From an uncultured Dehalococcoidia bacterium (GTDB lineage: Bacteria; Chloroflexota; Dehalococcoidia; Lucifugimonadales; GCA-2712585), in the NCBI GenBank assembly GCA_958295715.1, contig OY282371.1:1406267-1470266 (forward strand): a DNA stretch of 64,000 bases. Reading direction: 5' to 3'. The notes beneath the pieces are model-generated. The model saw only the letters and a program-made list of their open reading frames with translations. It did not search any database and was not told the origin of the DNA. The position numbers and the translations under genes were made by a program. Positions 20,723 to 30,484 of the stretch are shown piece by piece. Positions within the stretch are counted from its first letter, which is position 1. Each line of letters opens with the position of its first letter.

Positions 20723-21793
20723 CTATTCTTGGGAAATGAAGTCCTCCACCATCTGTCTGGCCTCGTCGTCGCTGTACTGAGTGGGCGGCGACTTCATAAA
20801 GTAGGCGCTGGGGCCAACCACGGCTCCGGACTCCCCCCTGTCCATGGCCAGCTTGCAGCAGCGTATGGCGTCCACCACCACGCCGGCGGAGTTGGGGCTG
20901 TCCCACACCTCCAGCTTAAGCTCCATGTTCACCGGGGCGCCGCCAAAGTTATGCCCCTCAATGCGAATGTAGCACCACTTCCTATCGTCCAGCCACGGCA
21001 CGTGGTCGCTGGGGCCGATGTGGATGTTGCCCGGGCCGATGTCGTAGTCGATCTGGGAGGCCACGGAGTTGGTCTTGGATATCTTCTTGGAGACCAGCCG
21101 CTCCCGCTCCAACATGTTGAGGAAGTCGGTGTTGCCGCCGAAGTTGAGCTGGTAGGTCCTGTCAACGGTGACGCCCCTATCGCGGAACAGGCGGGTGAGG
21201 ACGCGGTGGGTGATGGTGGCGCCTATCTGGGACTTGATGTCGTCGCCCACAACGGGAAGGCCGCGGCTCTTGAAGCGGTTCTGCCAGTACTCCTCCCTGG
21301 CGACGAAAACGGGGATGCAGTTCACGAAGCCGCAGCCCGCGTTCAGGACCTGCTCTATGTACCACTTGGTGGCGTCCTCGCTGCCGACGGGGAGGTAGTT
21401 GATAACGACGTCGCACTCCCGCTCCTTCAGAATCCGGGTGACGTCGGCAGTGGAGCCGGGCGCCTTCTTCACGATGTCGGACACGTACTTCCCGATGCCG
21501 TCGTGGGTCATGCCCCTCTCCACCTGAACGCCCATGTGAGGCACCTCGGCGAAGGGTATCGTGTTGTTGGGCTTGGCGAAGATGGCCTCGGAGAGGTCCT
21601 TCCCCACCTTTTGGCCGTCGATGTCAAAGGCGGCCACCACGTTTATGTCGCCTATCTCGTAGTCCCCGATGCGGGGGTGCATGAGTCCGGGGATGGACTC
21701 GCCTTCCGGTATCTCGCGGTACTTGTGTATGCCCTGCACGAGGGACGAGGCGCAGTTCCCCACGCCTATAATGGCTACGTTTATCTTCCCCAC
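20723..21793 (-). CDS. ino1: myo-inositol-1-phosphate synthase
   Basis: [42 protein letters not shown]. Confidence 0.95.
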   Translation of the reverse strand: MGKINVAIIGVGNCASSLVQGIHKYREIPEGESIPGLMHPRIGDYEIGDINVVAAFDIDGQKVGKDLSEAIFAKPNNTIPFAEVPHMGVQVERGMTHDGIGKYVSDIVKKAPGSTADVTRILKERECDVVINYLPVGSEDATKWYIEQVLNAGCGFVNCIPVFVAREEYWQNRFKSRGLPVVGDDIKSQIGATITHRVLTRLFRDRGVTVDRTYQLNFGGNTDFLNMLERERLVSKKISKTNSVASQIDYDIGPGNIHIGPSDHVPWLDDRKWCYIRIEGHNFGGAPVNMELKLEVWDSPNSAGVVVDAIRCCKLAMDRGESGAVVGPSAYFMKSPPTQYSDDEARQMVEDFISQE

Positions 21794-21937
21794 TCAGTCA
21801 CTCCTTGCTGGCGCGGGGCCAGCGCTGATGTTGTGTTGTAAGGCGGCAAGGTTAGCTATTCTAGCAAATTGGGGGGCGGTTCCTCAAGGCGGCGGGCGTG
21901 GCGCCTACGCTGTCTTTTCGTTTTGTCGGCGCCGGGG

Positions 21938-22540
21938 CTAGTCGGCGGGGTTGGAGAGCCACAGGTCGAAGGGGAGTTCGTAGCTCAGCAGCTTGCCGCC
22001 TATGATGTTTTCGAGGGGCACGGCGAAGTGGCCGTCCCAGTGGCGGGAGTCGTTGCTGTAGCGCCGGTTGTCCCCCATGACAAAGTACTCGTCCGGGCCC
22101 AAGGCCGGGAACGCCATGGTCTCGTCCCGCGGCCTAACGTCCAGGTACGGCTCGTTGAGGAGTTCCCCGTCTATGAAGGTGAGGCCGTGGGCTATGGTGA
22201 CCCGCTCGCCGGGTAGTCCGATAACCCGCTTCACAAAGCTGCGTTCGGGGTTTTGGGGGAAGCGGAACACCACCACGTCGCCTCTTTGGGGGCCGCCGGA
22301 TAGGAAGGGGTACACCACGCCCCTATCCGACGCGTCCCAGAAGGGGATGAGCCTTGAGAACCGGGCCATGTCCACCTTGGCGTACTTGACCTTGTTCACG
22401 GCCACGTATTCGCCGGGGTTAACCGTCGGCGACATGCTGGAGCCTTCGACCTGGAACTGCTGAACGCTCACCTGGAGGATTGAGAAGACTATCAGGGCCA
22501 TTATGAAGGCCTCGGTGAAGTCTTTTAGCAGCTTAAACAA
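21938..22540 (-). CDS. lepB: Signal peptidase I
   Basis: GSSMSPT, FVKRVIGLPG, MGDNRRYSNDSR. Confidence 0.93.
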   Translation of the reverse strand: MFKLLKDFTEAFIMALIVFSILQVSVQQFQVEGSSMSPTVNPGEYVAVNKVKYAKVDMARFSRLIPFWDASDRGVVYPFLSGGPQRGDVVVFRFPQNPERSFVKRVIGLPGERVTIAHGLTFIDGELLNEPYLDVRPRDETMAFPALGPDEYFVMGDNRRYSNDSRHWDGHFAVPLENIIGGKLLSYELPFDLWLSNPAD

Positions 22541-22638
22541 GGGACGCCCTCGGCGGCAGAGGACCGGTTAGAGGAGACAGCGTTGGCATCGTTCCTGGCA
22601 TTGGGCCATGATAACACGCAATCGTAACACGGCGGCGG

Positions 22639-23520
22639 TCAGGGCCGGGCGCGGCGGCCCAGGAAGCTGAGTATCCAGTCGGAGAGCAGGTCCGGGCGGT
22701 CCTCCTGAAGCAGGTAGCCGCCGTCGTCCAGGACTTGAAGCTCCGACCGGGGAATGAGGCCCTGGAGTAGGGTGGCCTCGGCCCGGCCGGACGCGGGCCC
22801 CGCCCCGGAGCCGATGAGCAGGGTTGGCGCGTTCAGACCGGGCAAACTGCCGCGAATGGCCTTCATGCGGAGGGATACGTAGTCGTTTCCCGACCGGGGG
22901 GCCATGCGCGTGAAGGCCAGCAGGCCGGCGCGGGAGGCGTAGTCGGGGAAGGGGCTGCGGTACTCGGCCTTCACCTGCGGGTCCAGGTTCTCGCTGTAGT
23001 GGACCCGCCCCCGGAGGGACGCGTCTCTAAGGGAGAGGTTCAGGCGGCGAATCAGCAGGTCGCCCAGAAAGGAGCGGTGGAGCAGGCCCCGGAGCTTGGA
23101 GGCCGGGCTACGGAGGACGGGGGCTGTGTTCATCAGAACCAGGGCCCCGGTGTTGTCCGCGCGGTTGATGGCGTAGTCAAGGGCCATCAGGCCGCCCCAC
23201 TCCTGGCCCACCAAGACCAGGTTCCTCAGCCCCAACTCCCTTATGAAGATCTCCAGGTTGTCGCTGTGGAAGTCGAAGGTGTGGGCGCTGAGGGCGGCGG
23301 GTTTGTCGGAGCCGCCAAAGCCGATGCAGTCCGGGGCGAAGCATCCCCAGCCCGCTTGGGCCAGGCGGGAGAACAGGTGGCGGTAGGAGTAGCCGGAGGA
23401 GTAGTTGCCATGAAGGAGGACCACGGCGCACGACTCCTCGGCTCCCGAATGGAAATAGTGCATCCGGTAGCCGTTGACGATGACGTAGGAGTCGGGGTAG
23501 GGGAACCGGTGATGGCTCAT
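22639..23520 (-). CDS. Alpha/beta hydrolase, haloalkane dehalogenase-like with altered catalytic residues
   Basis: LLHGN, APDCIGFGGSDKP, GQEWGG, GYLLQED; ATG at 23520. Confidence 0.8.
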   Translation of the reverse strand: MSHHRFPYPDSYVIVNGYRMHYFHSGAEESCAVVLLHGNYSSGYSYRHLFSRLAQAGWGCFAPDCIGFGGSDKPAALSAHTFDFHSDNLEIFIRELGLRNLVLVGQEWGGLMALDYAINRADNTGALVLMNTAPVLRSPASKLRGLLHRSFLGDLLIRRLNLSLRDASLRGRVHYSENLDPQVKAEYRSPFPDYASRAGLLAFTRMAPRSGNDYVSLRMKAIRGSLPGLNAPTLLIGSGAGPASGRAEATLLQGLIPRSELQVLDDGGYLLQEDRPDLLSDWILSFLGRRARP

Positions 23521-23591
23521 GGATAAGTTCCTAACCCGCGCCGGACCCGGCGAAGTTTGTCGTTGGGCTGAGAGGGGAACGACCCGCCGCT

Positions 23592-24548
23592 TTAGAAGAT
23601 GGCTATGGGGTTCACCGGGGCGCCGGTGCCGTTGGCCATTCGCAAGGGCGTCACCACGGTGAGGAACTCGTAGCGGCCCTCCTGCTTGCACATGCGGGCC
23701 ACCTCTTCAAAGTTGCAGTTGTCGAGTATCCAGCAGCCCATGGCGGTGAGGATGACCTGGTGAACGGGCAGGGGAAACTCCGGGTAACCGCTGGGCAGGA
23801 CGTCCTGGGCCAGGTCCCCGCCCAACATGGCGATGTCCCGCTCCCTCAGCCAGGGGAGGCAGGCGGCGTGAAGGCCGGAGGCCCCGCCGTCGGGGGCGCT
23901 GGGGTTCCTGGGGCCTATCGCGTTGCGCCGTTCCCAGTTCCCGGTGCGTATGAGGAGGAGATCCCCCGACTCTACGGTGACGCCTAACTCCTTCTCCGCG
24001 GCGTCCAAGTCTTCGGGGAAGATGGCCTCGCGCTCCTGCATGTAGTCGACGCCCTTGAGGGTTGGAAAGTCGAAGAGGACGCCCCTGGTGACCACGCCAT
24101 TCCTGAGCAGGTCGATGCTCTCCAAGGTGGCCCCGCCGCGGGTGTGGACGGCGTCGGCGGGATGGCCGTTGTACATCTTGTCGCCGTCGAACCAGTGGGA
24201 CAGGGCGTCAACGTGGGTCATCACGTAGCCGTGGAAGACGAAGCCGATATACTCGCTGGCGTTGTGGGAGGCCATCTCCTTCTTGCCGGGGGTGTCCCGC
24301 CACCCCTCGCCGCTCTCTATCATGTAAAGGGTTGGAGGCACCGGGCCGTCGGCGGTGGTTTCCGCCACGATGGGGCGGCCCATGGTGACGCTGATTCCCT
24401 TCTCGACCAGGTTCACGGCTTGGAGCCGCTTCTCCGGGGTAATCAGGTTCATGGCGCCCAACTGGTCTTCAGCGCCCCAGCGTCCCCAGTTGCTGAGGGA
24501 GCTGTGGTACTGGCGAATGTCCGCCGCGGTGGGGAGCGTTCTTGCCAT
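23592..24548 (-). CDS. Cyclase family (kynurenine formamidase-like) protein
   Basis: NWGRWGAEDQLG, HGYVMTHVDALSH, LIRTG, GAPVNPIAIF. Confidence 0.88.
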   Translation of the reverse strand: MARTLPTAADIRQYHSSLSNWGRWGAEDQLGAMNLITPEKRLQAVNLVEKGISVTMGRPIVAETTADGPVPPTLYMIESGEGWRDTPGKKEMASHNASEYIGFVFHGYVMTHVDALSHWFDGDKMYNGHPADAVHTRGGATLESIDLLRNGVVTRGVLFDFPTLKGVDYMQEREAIFPEDLDAAEKELGVTVESGDLLLIRTGNWERRNAIGPRNPSAPDGGASGLHAACLPWLRERDIAMLGGDLAQDVLPSGYPEFPLPVHQVILTAMGCWILDNCNFEEVARMCKQEGRYEFLTVVTPLRMANGTGAPVNPIAIF

Positions 24549-24606
24549 GACGCCTCCTTTAGGGGTGGATTTAGGTTTATGTTAACTGCCGTGGGTTGGT
24601 AGAAGT

Positions 24607-24635
24607 ATTCTAGGCTGGCGGGGTGAGGGTGTCAA
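24607..24635 (-). promoter_or_regulatory. Sigma70-type promoter of cyclase gene
   Basis: TTGACA-17-TAGAAT on minus strand. Confidence 0.7.
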
Positions 24636-24715
24636 TGGAGGATGGACGACCATCCGCCTAGCCCCCCTATTGATAGGCCCTCTTGATAGGAATCAGGGGC
24701 TGCGCCGCGCGGCGG

Positions 24716-25456
24716 TTAGCCGGTGAGCTTGGGGCAAAGGTTGGTCAGAGGACAGCCCGGGCAGTCGGGAGCGGTGGGACGACACCACTCCTGGCCGATG
24801 TTCCAAGCCGGCCAGTCCAGTTGAGCCGGATAGTCGGGATTCAGACGCTGAGCGGCTTCCACGGCCGCGCCCTCGGATTCGGAAGACGCCAGGCCGGCGC
24901 GCTTGAACACCCGCATAACGTGAACGTCGGGCTTCACGTCAATCTCGCGCTCCTGCCCCTTGAACATGCCCCAATCGTCATGCAGAAGGCGAACGGCCAT
25001 GCTCGCTATGCCGGGGCCGACGCCGTGTATGCTCCGGAGCCGCCGCGACGCCTGGGTGGGGGAGACCCCTTCCCAGATGGCGGCGGCGTTGCCTCCATGT
25101 TTAACGACCAGGGCCGCCGCTTCCTTCAGGGTTCTGGCCCCGCCGCCGTAGCGGGGTCTCACGGGCAGGCTTTCCAGCAGCCGCTTCAGGCGAGCCTCCG
25201 ACGACGAGGCCAGCTTGAAGGGGTCCAGCATCCCCCGCTGGTCTATCCGGTAAGGGATCTCCCACGCGCTCTTCCAAGGCAGGCCCCTATCGAAGGCCGC
25301 GCCCACCAGGAAGGCGAAGGGGTTGGTGTAGACCAGGTCTCCCACGTGCTTGGGGAGCCTTTCCCTGTCGGGCTGGTAGTAGCGCTGGCCGTGCTCCTTC
25401 AGGGCTTCCACCACGGCCTTGGAGCCGTCCGGAGTTGCTGAGGTATGCCGCGTCAT
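24716..25456 (-). CDS. HhH-GPD/endonuclease III-like DNA glycosylase with Fe-S loop
   Basis: LRSIHGVGPGIA HhH, PDVHVMRV, C-x6-C-x2-C-x5-C. Confidence 0.85.
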   Translation of the reverse strand: MTRHTSATPDGSKAVVEALKEHGQRYYQPDRERLPKHVGDLVYTNPFAFLVGAAFDRGLPWKSAWEIPYRIDQRGMLDPFKLASSSEARLKRLLESLPVRPRYGGGARTLKEAAALVVKHGGNAAAIWEGVSPTQASRRLRSIHGVGPGIASMAVRLLHDDWGMFKGQEREIDVKPDVHVMRVFKRAGLASSESEGAAVEAAQRLNPDYPAQLDWPAWNIGQEWCRPTAPDCPGCPLTNLCPKLTG

Positions 25457-25896
25457 CTTTGAGCCTCCTTCTTGAGCCAGGCCATCTGCTCGCCCTGCCT
25501 CATGTGCGCCAAGGGTGTCTCAACCGCCACTCCGCGCCTTTCCAGGGGCTGGAGCAGAAGCCCGTAGTAGTCCCTGCCGGCGAGGAAGCAGACGCGCCGG
25601 ACGCCGCCCAGATGCGGTTCCAACGCGCCCATGACGCCATCCGCCCACCGGCGCCGCTGGGCAATCGTAAGGGAACCCATGTAGGTGTCGTACGGCGCGA
25701 TGACCTCCTCCGGCGAAACTACCCCGTGCTTGGCCGACAGGATGAGCCACCGGCCGCCCAGTCCCTCCACGTAGCGGCGGCACAGCTTGAAGCGCGTCGA
25801 GTCGTAAAGCTCCTTGGCCGGCAGAGGCTCCGCCCGCTTCCCCTTTACGCAGGAGACGAGGTAGAGGGTGGACACGCAACCGCTATTCCTCATCAT
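25453..25896 (-). CDS. DUF6884-like protein
   Basis: LVSCVKGK, PAKELY.S..F, ILSAKHG, IAPYD, LAGRDY, G.Q..WL; family recalled, not searched. Confidence 0.7.
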   Translation of the reverse strand: MMRNSGCVSTLYLVSCVKGKRAEPLPAKELYDSTRFKLCRRYVEGLGGRWLILSAKHGVVSPEEVIAPYDTYMGSLTIAQRRRWADGVMGALEPHLGGVRRVCFLAGRDYYGLLLQPLERRGVAVETPLAHMRQGEQMAWLKKEAQR

Positions 25897-27122
25897 GGCG
25901 CGTGGGCGGCCTCTATGGGAACCCGGCGCCGGTGGGTGGCCGGGTCCAGGTTCCAGAAGCGTATGGGGTTGTCGGAGAGGAACTTCTTCTTGCTTTCGTC
26001 GCTCAGTTCCGGGTGGTCCAGCACCTTTTGGACGGAGAAGGGGGAGAGGCAGTCGAAGTGGGAGTAGTCGGAGCCGATGATGATGCCGTTGGGCCCGACC
26101 TTCTTTTCCAGGAAGGGGAGGTAGTCGGCCTCCTCCGGCTCAAAGCAGATGAAAAGCTGGTCGCCGAAGTAGTCGTTGGGGTCCTGGTGGCGGGGGGTGG
26201 GAACCGAGTCCGGCATAATCTCGTAGTGCTCTTCCAGCCGGTCCATGTAGAAGGGAAGCCAGCCGCAGCCCTGCTCAATCCAGGCTATCTTAAGCTCCGG
26301 GAACCTGTCCAAGACGCCGCTGGCGATGAAGCCCACGACGGAGAAGGGGGCGTCGATGCCCATGAAGAGGTGCTTTAGGAACTCGTTGTCGAGGCGCCGC
26401 ATACCCACCGACTCGTGGAGCTGCTGGTGTATGGATATGGGCATCCCCAGGCGCTGGCACTCCTCCAAGATGGGCCAAAACCGCTCCTTGTAGGTCCACT
26501 CGCCCTTGAACTGGCAGGGGATGTAGGCCCCGCCCAGGCCCAGGTCGGCGGCGCGCCTGAGTTCCTTCACGGCTACGTCCACGTCGTGGAGGGGAAGGAT
26601 GGCCGTGCCCCGGATGCGGTGTGTGTAACCGTCGGTCCACTCGCTGATCCAGTCATTCCAACCCTTGGCGAAGTGGTAGGCCACCTCCGGGTTGTCCACG
26701 GTGTTGAGGAGGTTCTGGTGGAGGACGCAGAAGACGAAGGTGAGGTCGAAGCCCTCGTCGTCCAGGTCCTTGACGCGGCTCTTGGGGTCCCGCTCGCCCT
26801 CGCGGTCGTACCACTGGTCGGGGCTGTGGGGGGCGAAGTTGGCGAGCTTGCCGTGAGGCCCCGTGCGGAAGTCGGAGTTGGGGAAGACCTTGGAGTGCTC
26901 AAGCACCCAGATGTGGTCGTACTGCCGCATGGTCGACCGGCCGCTGCCGCGGGCCTCGGCGCCCAGGTCCTTCCAGTTGGAGTCAACGAACTTGCGGGGC
27001 GCGAAGGGCTGGAGGTGGGGCGGGAACCGGCGCCACAGTTCGCACAGGGTCTCATCGATGTGGGAGTCGGAGTCTACGATGTAGTAGTCGGGGAGTTCTC
27101 CTCCAAAATACTGTCTAGGCAT
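25893..27122 (-). CDS. Amidohydrolase_2 family protein
   Basis: VDSDSH, VLDRFPELKIAWIEQG.GW, GSDYSHFD. Confidence 0.88.
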   Translation of the reverse strand: MPRQYFGGELPDYYIVDSDSHIDETLCELWRRFPPHLQPFAPRKFVDSNWKDLGAEARGSGRSTMRQYDHIWVLEHSKVFPNSDFRTGPHGKLANFAPHSPDQWYDREGERDPKSRVKDLDDEGFDLTFVFCVLHQNLLNTVDNPEVAYHFAKGWNDWISEWTDGYTHRIRGTAILPLHDVDVAVKELRRAADLGLGGAYIPCQFKGEWTYKERFWPILEECQRLGMPISIHQQLHESVGMRRLDNEFLKHLFMGIDAPFSVVGFIASGVLDRFPELKIAWIEQGCGWLPFYMDRLEEHYEIMPDSVPTPRHQDPNDYFGDQLFICFEPEEADYLPFLEKKVGPNGIIIGSDYSHFDCLSPFSVQKVLDHPELSDESKKKFLSDNPIRFWNLDPATHRRRVPIEAAHAP

Positions 27123-27262
27123 GGGGCCTCCTGTGAGATTTAGATTTGATGGATGGGCGAGAAATATCTATAGGTAGTTACTTAGCGCCAACGGCGGCAA
27201 AAGTCAATTGCCGCCGTTGGCCCGACGCCTCTCGCCCCCTGCCGGCCATCGACCCTCCCTTC

Positions 27263-27701
27263 CGTCATTCCCGCGCAGGCGGGAAGGGCACGCGTGCCCG
27301 CTTAGGTTTGAAGAGCGTGGTTCTGCGTTGGAGGCTTTTGCCCACCCCTATCCGCATTCCCGCCCTCTTATCCGTCATTCCCGCGCAGGCGGGAATCGAT
27401 CCCCTCCTTCCGGCATTGCGACGGGGCAACGGCGCAACGGCTCGCAACCCCGGCCCTCTTTCCGTCATTCCCGCGCAGGCGGGAATCCATCTTCCACCCC
27501 TCTATTACGCCAAGGCGACCCGCGCAAATCGCCGGCAAACGCTTGCCCCCTTTCCGGCCAAGACCCTGAATGCCCCCCATATCGTCAAGGAGACAAGGAC
27601 GGCAGCGCCACGAGGGACGCGCCGGAAACGCCTCTGCGGGTGAGACCGGAATTCGGGGCGCCGGATTTGGGTCGGGGCCTCCCTGGATTCCCGCCTGCGC
27701 G
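27263..27701. repeat. REP/dRS3-like palindrome cluster
   Basis: Copies near 27263, 27373, 27463; truncated inverted copy at 27685-27701. Confidence 0.88.
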
Positions 27702-27755
27702 TAGAAACCAGGGAGGGAGGCGGGCCTGGGAGAGCGAGCGACCCCCGTCCGGAGT

Positions 27756-28124
27756 CTAGAACTTCAGCCGGGTTTTGCGATGGGCTACTGTGATGACCTG
27801 GTATTCCATACAGCCAACGACGCCGCCTGTGGACTTCACGACAACCAGGTAAATGTTAAAGGCCTCGCTCTGCCTCTTATACCCCTCGGCGCCTATCTTA
27901 GAGCGGGCGCGCCTGCGGCATCTGCTATCCATTGAAACGATGTATACGTTCTTATTGTCACGCTTCTTATTAGACTTACGATATTTGTGGTGTCTGAGTT
28001 TGCCATTGAGCAACATGGTTTCTATGTGTTCCCGATTTATTCCGCGCTGCTGGAACCTCCTTTGAGCGTGATCCGAGAAAAAGTAACTGAAACCGGGGTC
28101 ATGGTAGAAATTCACCACGTTCAT
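27756..28124 (-). CDS. DUF4258-like small basic protein (possible RelE/BrnT-type RNase fold)
   Basis: FSDHAQRRFQQRGI..EHI...L.NG, C-terminal VITV; GGGAGG RBS; AT-richer than flanks. Confidence 0.65.
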   Translation of the reverse strand: MNVVNFYHDPGFSYFFSDHAQRRFQQRGINREHIETMLLNGKLRHHKYRKSNKKRDNKNVYIVSMDSRCRRRARSKIGAEGYKRQSEAFNIYLVVVKSTGGVVGCMEYQVITVAHRKTRLKF

Positions 28125-28264
28125 GTGAAACCTCCCTTAAGTTATGTTCTCTGAAGCTGCTGCGCCCAAACCTCGCCCACAGATTAACCATAAATCAGGC
28201 TGTGCGGGGATATTTACGACGGGGCGAGCGGCATGGCGCCGCGACTTCAATTCAGCGAAAAAGT

Positions 28265-28292
28265 ATTATAACACAAAAGAGCATTTTGTCAA
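28265..28292 (-). promoter_or_regulatory. Consensus sigma70 promoter of DUF4258-like gene
   Basis: TTGACA-16-TATAAT on minus strand. Confidence 0.75.
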
Positions 28293-28337
28293 GTACTTAT
28301 GCGCCGGATTTCAGGGGAAATAGGGGGATGGGGGGAT

Positions 28338-28445
28338 GGATTCCCGCCTGCGCGGGAATGACGGACAGGAGGCGGGAATGCGGACAGGGGTAGGCAGAAG
28401 CCTCCAACGCAGAACCGGCTCTCTTCAAAACTAAGTGGGCGCCCC
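28338..28445. repeat. Inverted REP copy plus CAAAACTAAGTGGGC module
   Basis: GGATTCCCGCCTGCGCGGGAATGACG at 28338-28363. Confidence 0.85.
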
Positions 28446-28502
28446 GGTCCCCGCTTACCCGCAAGCGCCAGCTAGTCTACCCACCCCGGCAGCCGGCGCC
28501 GG

Positions 28503-30275
28503 CTAGGTCTGGCGGGTCTTCTGGTGGGGGCCGAGGTAGCCTATCAACACCTTCTGCCGCTCGTCGTCCCAGGCGAAGGCGATGCGGATGTTGTACTGCG
28601 GGTTGCCGCGCACGCCCTTCCCAACGTGGTGGTCCAGGTTATAGAGCCTGTCCTCCACGTGGGTGGTGTACCACTCGAGGAACTGCTCCCTCGTCACCTT
28701 GGTCTGGCCCGACTTGTAGGACCAGCCGGGGCAGGCCTCCTTTATCCCGCTCTTGAAGTCAGGCGCGGAGCCGGGGTTGGGGTTGACCCGGTGGGAACGG
28801 TACTCGGTGGCAAGCCAGGCCAGGGCGTCAAAGACCTCCTGCGGGTTCCGGAAGGGGTTGTCCTTGTCGGACTTGGAGTTGAGGGCAAAGAGCAGCTCGT
28901 CGGGGTAGGTCTTCTTGGCGTGGTCGATGGCCTCGTTGACGCTGGCGAAGGTCGGCGTCTGCGACTCGTCGTCCTGGCCGCCGGCCGCCTTCGCCGCGAC
29001 GTACATGTCGCGCCAGTACTCCTCCATCTGCTGGAGACGCGATATCTCGCTCCTGAACTCGCTGTTCTCAGCGTCAAGGAACTCCTTGTCATCCTGGAGG
29101 CCGGAGTTCTGCCGCTCCAACTCCTGGTTCCGCGACTCCAAGGCCCGGTAGTCCTCAGCCGGGACCACCTGGTCCTCCGGGGCGGGTCCGGCTTCAAGGC
29201 CACCGGCGCCGGCGGGGGAGCCCTCGGTTCCGTCTAACGGCTCGGACGGGTCTCCGCCGGCTTCTTGGGAAGCGGCTTCCGCGGCGGCGGCGGCCTTCTC
29301 CTGGGCGGCGTCGTAATCTGACATGAGGCCGCGCCAACTCTCCACGGCGGCCAGGATGCCATCCTCCTTTTCCGACCTCTGAGGGGCGCGGGCGACCTCC
29401 TCCGCCCTTGAGGGGGCCTGAGGGCGCAGGAGGCGGTACTCCTCCAACAAATCCCCCAGCCGGTTGGCCACGGCCAAGGCCTCCGGGATGACGCCGGCCC
29501 TTGAGGTGGCGTCGTCTAGCCAGGAGTCGAGGGAAACGTCCAGGTACAGCAGGTCGTCCCGGAACTCGCCGGCGGCCTTAGAGATGGCGTCTTTTAGGGC
29601 TTCTGTCTGAACGCCGGCGCGGTCGGCCTCCTTTGTCACCGCGATTTTCGCCAGAGCGTGAACGAAGCCTTCAACGTCGTCCCAGTCCGGCGCGTCTGGG
29701 GGAAGCGCGTCCAACTGCTGAAGGAAGCCGTCAAGGAGGGAAGAACTGGGCGGCGACGGCTCCCGGGAGTCCGGGACGCGGCCTGAAAGACAGCAGAGCA
29801 TGAGGTGAACGTCGTTCACGTTCAGGCCGTCGTCAGCCTCAAGGATGGCGGCTAAATGGGCCGTATAGTCCGCCCACTCCCACAGGGAGTCGAAACTGCC
29901 CTCCTTGAAGCCGGGGCAGCCGGCGGGGATGCCCGCGCCTTCGAGTCGTTCAGCCACGGCGCCGCGGAGTTGGGGGTGGGACTCGACCCACGTCTTGAGG
30001 ACGGCGCCCGCCAGTTTATCGGCTCCTTCGATAATCCCCACTAGGGCGGGAATTTTGAGTTGATTGGGCGACGCACGGTCCGCGTTCTGGAAGCCGTCCA
30101 CCTTCACGTTGTTGCGGATGGCGTAGTTGAAGGAGTCGCGGAGGCTTTTCGGCGCCTTGCCCCGGAATTCAAGGGCGCGTTTGACGACGGCTTGGGCATA
30201 TTCGGGGTCTAACCGGTGGAACATGGCGTTGATGGGCAGGTCTGGGCCGGTTGCGGTGGCGTTCTCGGTGGTCAT
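28503..30275 (-). CDS. Hypothetical protein: N-terminal unknown domain, coiled coil, C-terminal RelE-like domain
   Basis: AGGAGG RBS before ATG at 30275; heptad region LESRNQELERQNSGL; HH.GKG...IRIAFAWD..RQKVLIGYLGPH. Confidence 0.75.
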   Translation of the reverse strand: MTTENATATGPDLPINAMFHRLDPEYAQAVVKRALEFRGKAPKSLRDSFNYAIRNNVKVDGFQNADRASPNQLKIPALVGIIEGADKLAGAVLKTWVESHPQLRGAVAERLEGAGIPAGCPGFKEGSFDSLWEWADYTAHLAAILEADDGLNVNDVHLMLCCLSGRVPDSREPSPPSSSLLDGFLQQLDALPPDAPDWDDVEGFVHALAKIAVTKEADRAGVQTEALKDAISKAAGEFRDDLLYLDVSLDSWLDDATSRAGVIPEALAVANRLGDLLEEYRLLRPQAPSRAEEVARAPQRSEKEDGILAAVESWRGLMSDYDAAQEKAAAAAEAASQEAGGDPSEPLDGTEGSPAGAGGLEAGPAPEDQVVPAEDYRALESRNQELERQNSGLQDDKEFLDAENSEFRSEISRLQQMEEYWRDMYVAAKAAGGQDDESQTPTFASVNEAIDHAKKTYPDELLFALNSKSDKDNPFRNPQEVFDALAWLATEYRSHRVNPNPGSAPDFKSGIKEACPGWSYKSGQTKVTREQFLEWYTTHVEDRLYNLDHHVGKGVRGNPQYNIRIAFAWDDERQKVLIGYLGPHQKTRQT

Positions 30276-30484
30276 GGCGTTGAGCCTCCTATTTTGGCGA
30301 TGGTGAGCTATCATACCTGCTGCCAGCCCAACGCGCCACCCTTGGAGCGTCCCAAGGCCGGCCGGAGGCTTTACGCTGGCTTGAGGTTGTCGCTCTGACG
30401 GGATGGAGACGGGGACGCGGCGGGAGGAAACGACCCCTTGGCCGCCTTGCCGGTCAGTCGTGGAGGGCCAGCAAGGATAAGCGG

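Noticed and set aside
27146..27759. ORFs rich in RHSRAGGNP / SFPRRRES / VIPAQAGI (also 50-516, 12351-12766, 34754-35304, 37599-37973, 61966-62666)
   Set aside because: Translations of the REP palindromes, not genes
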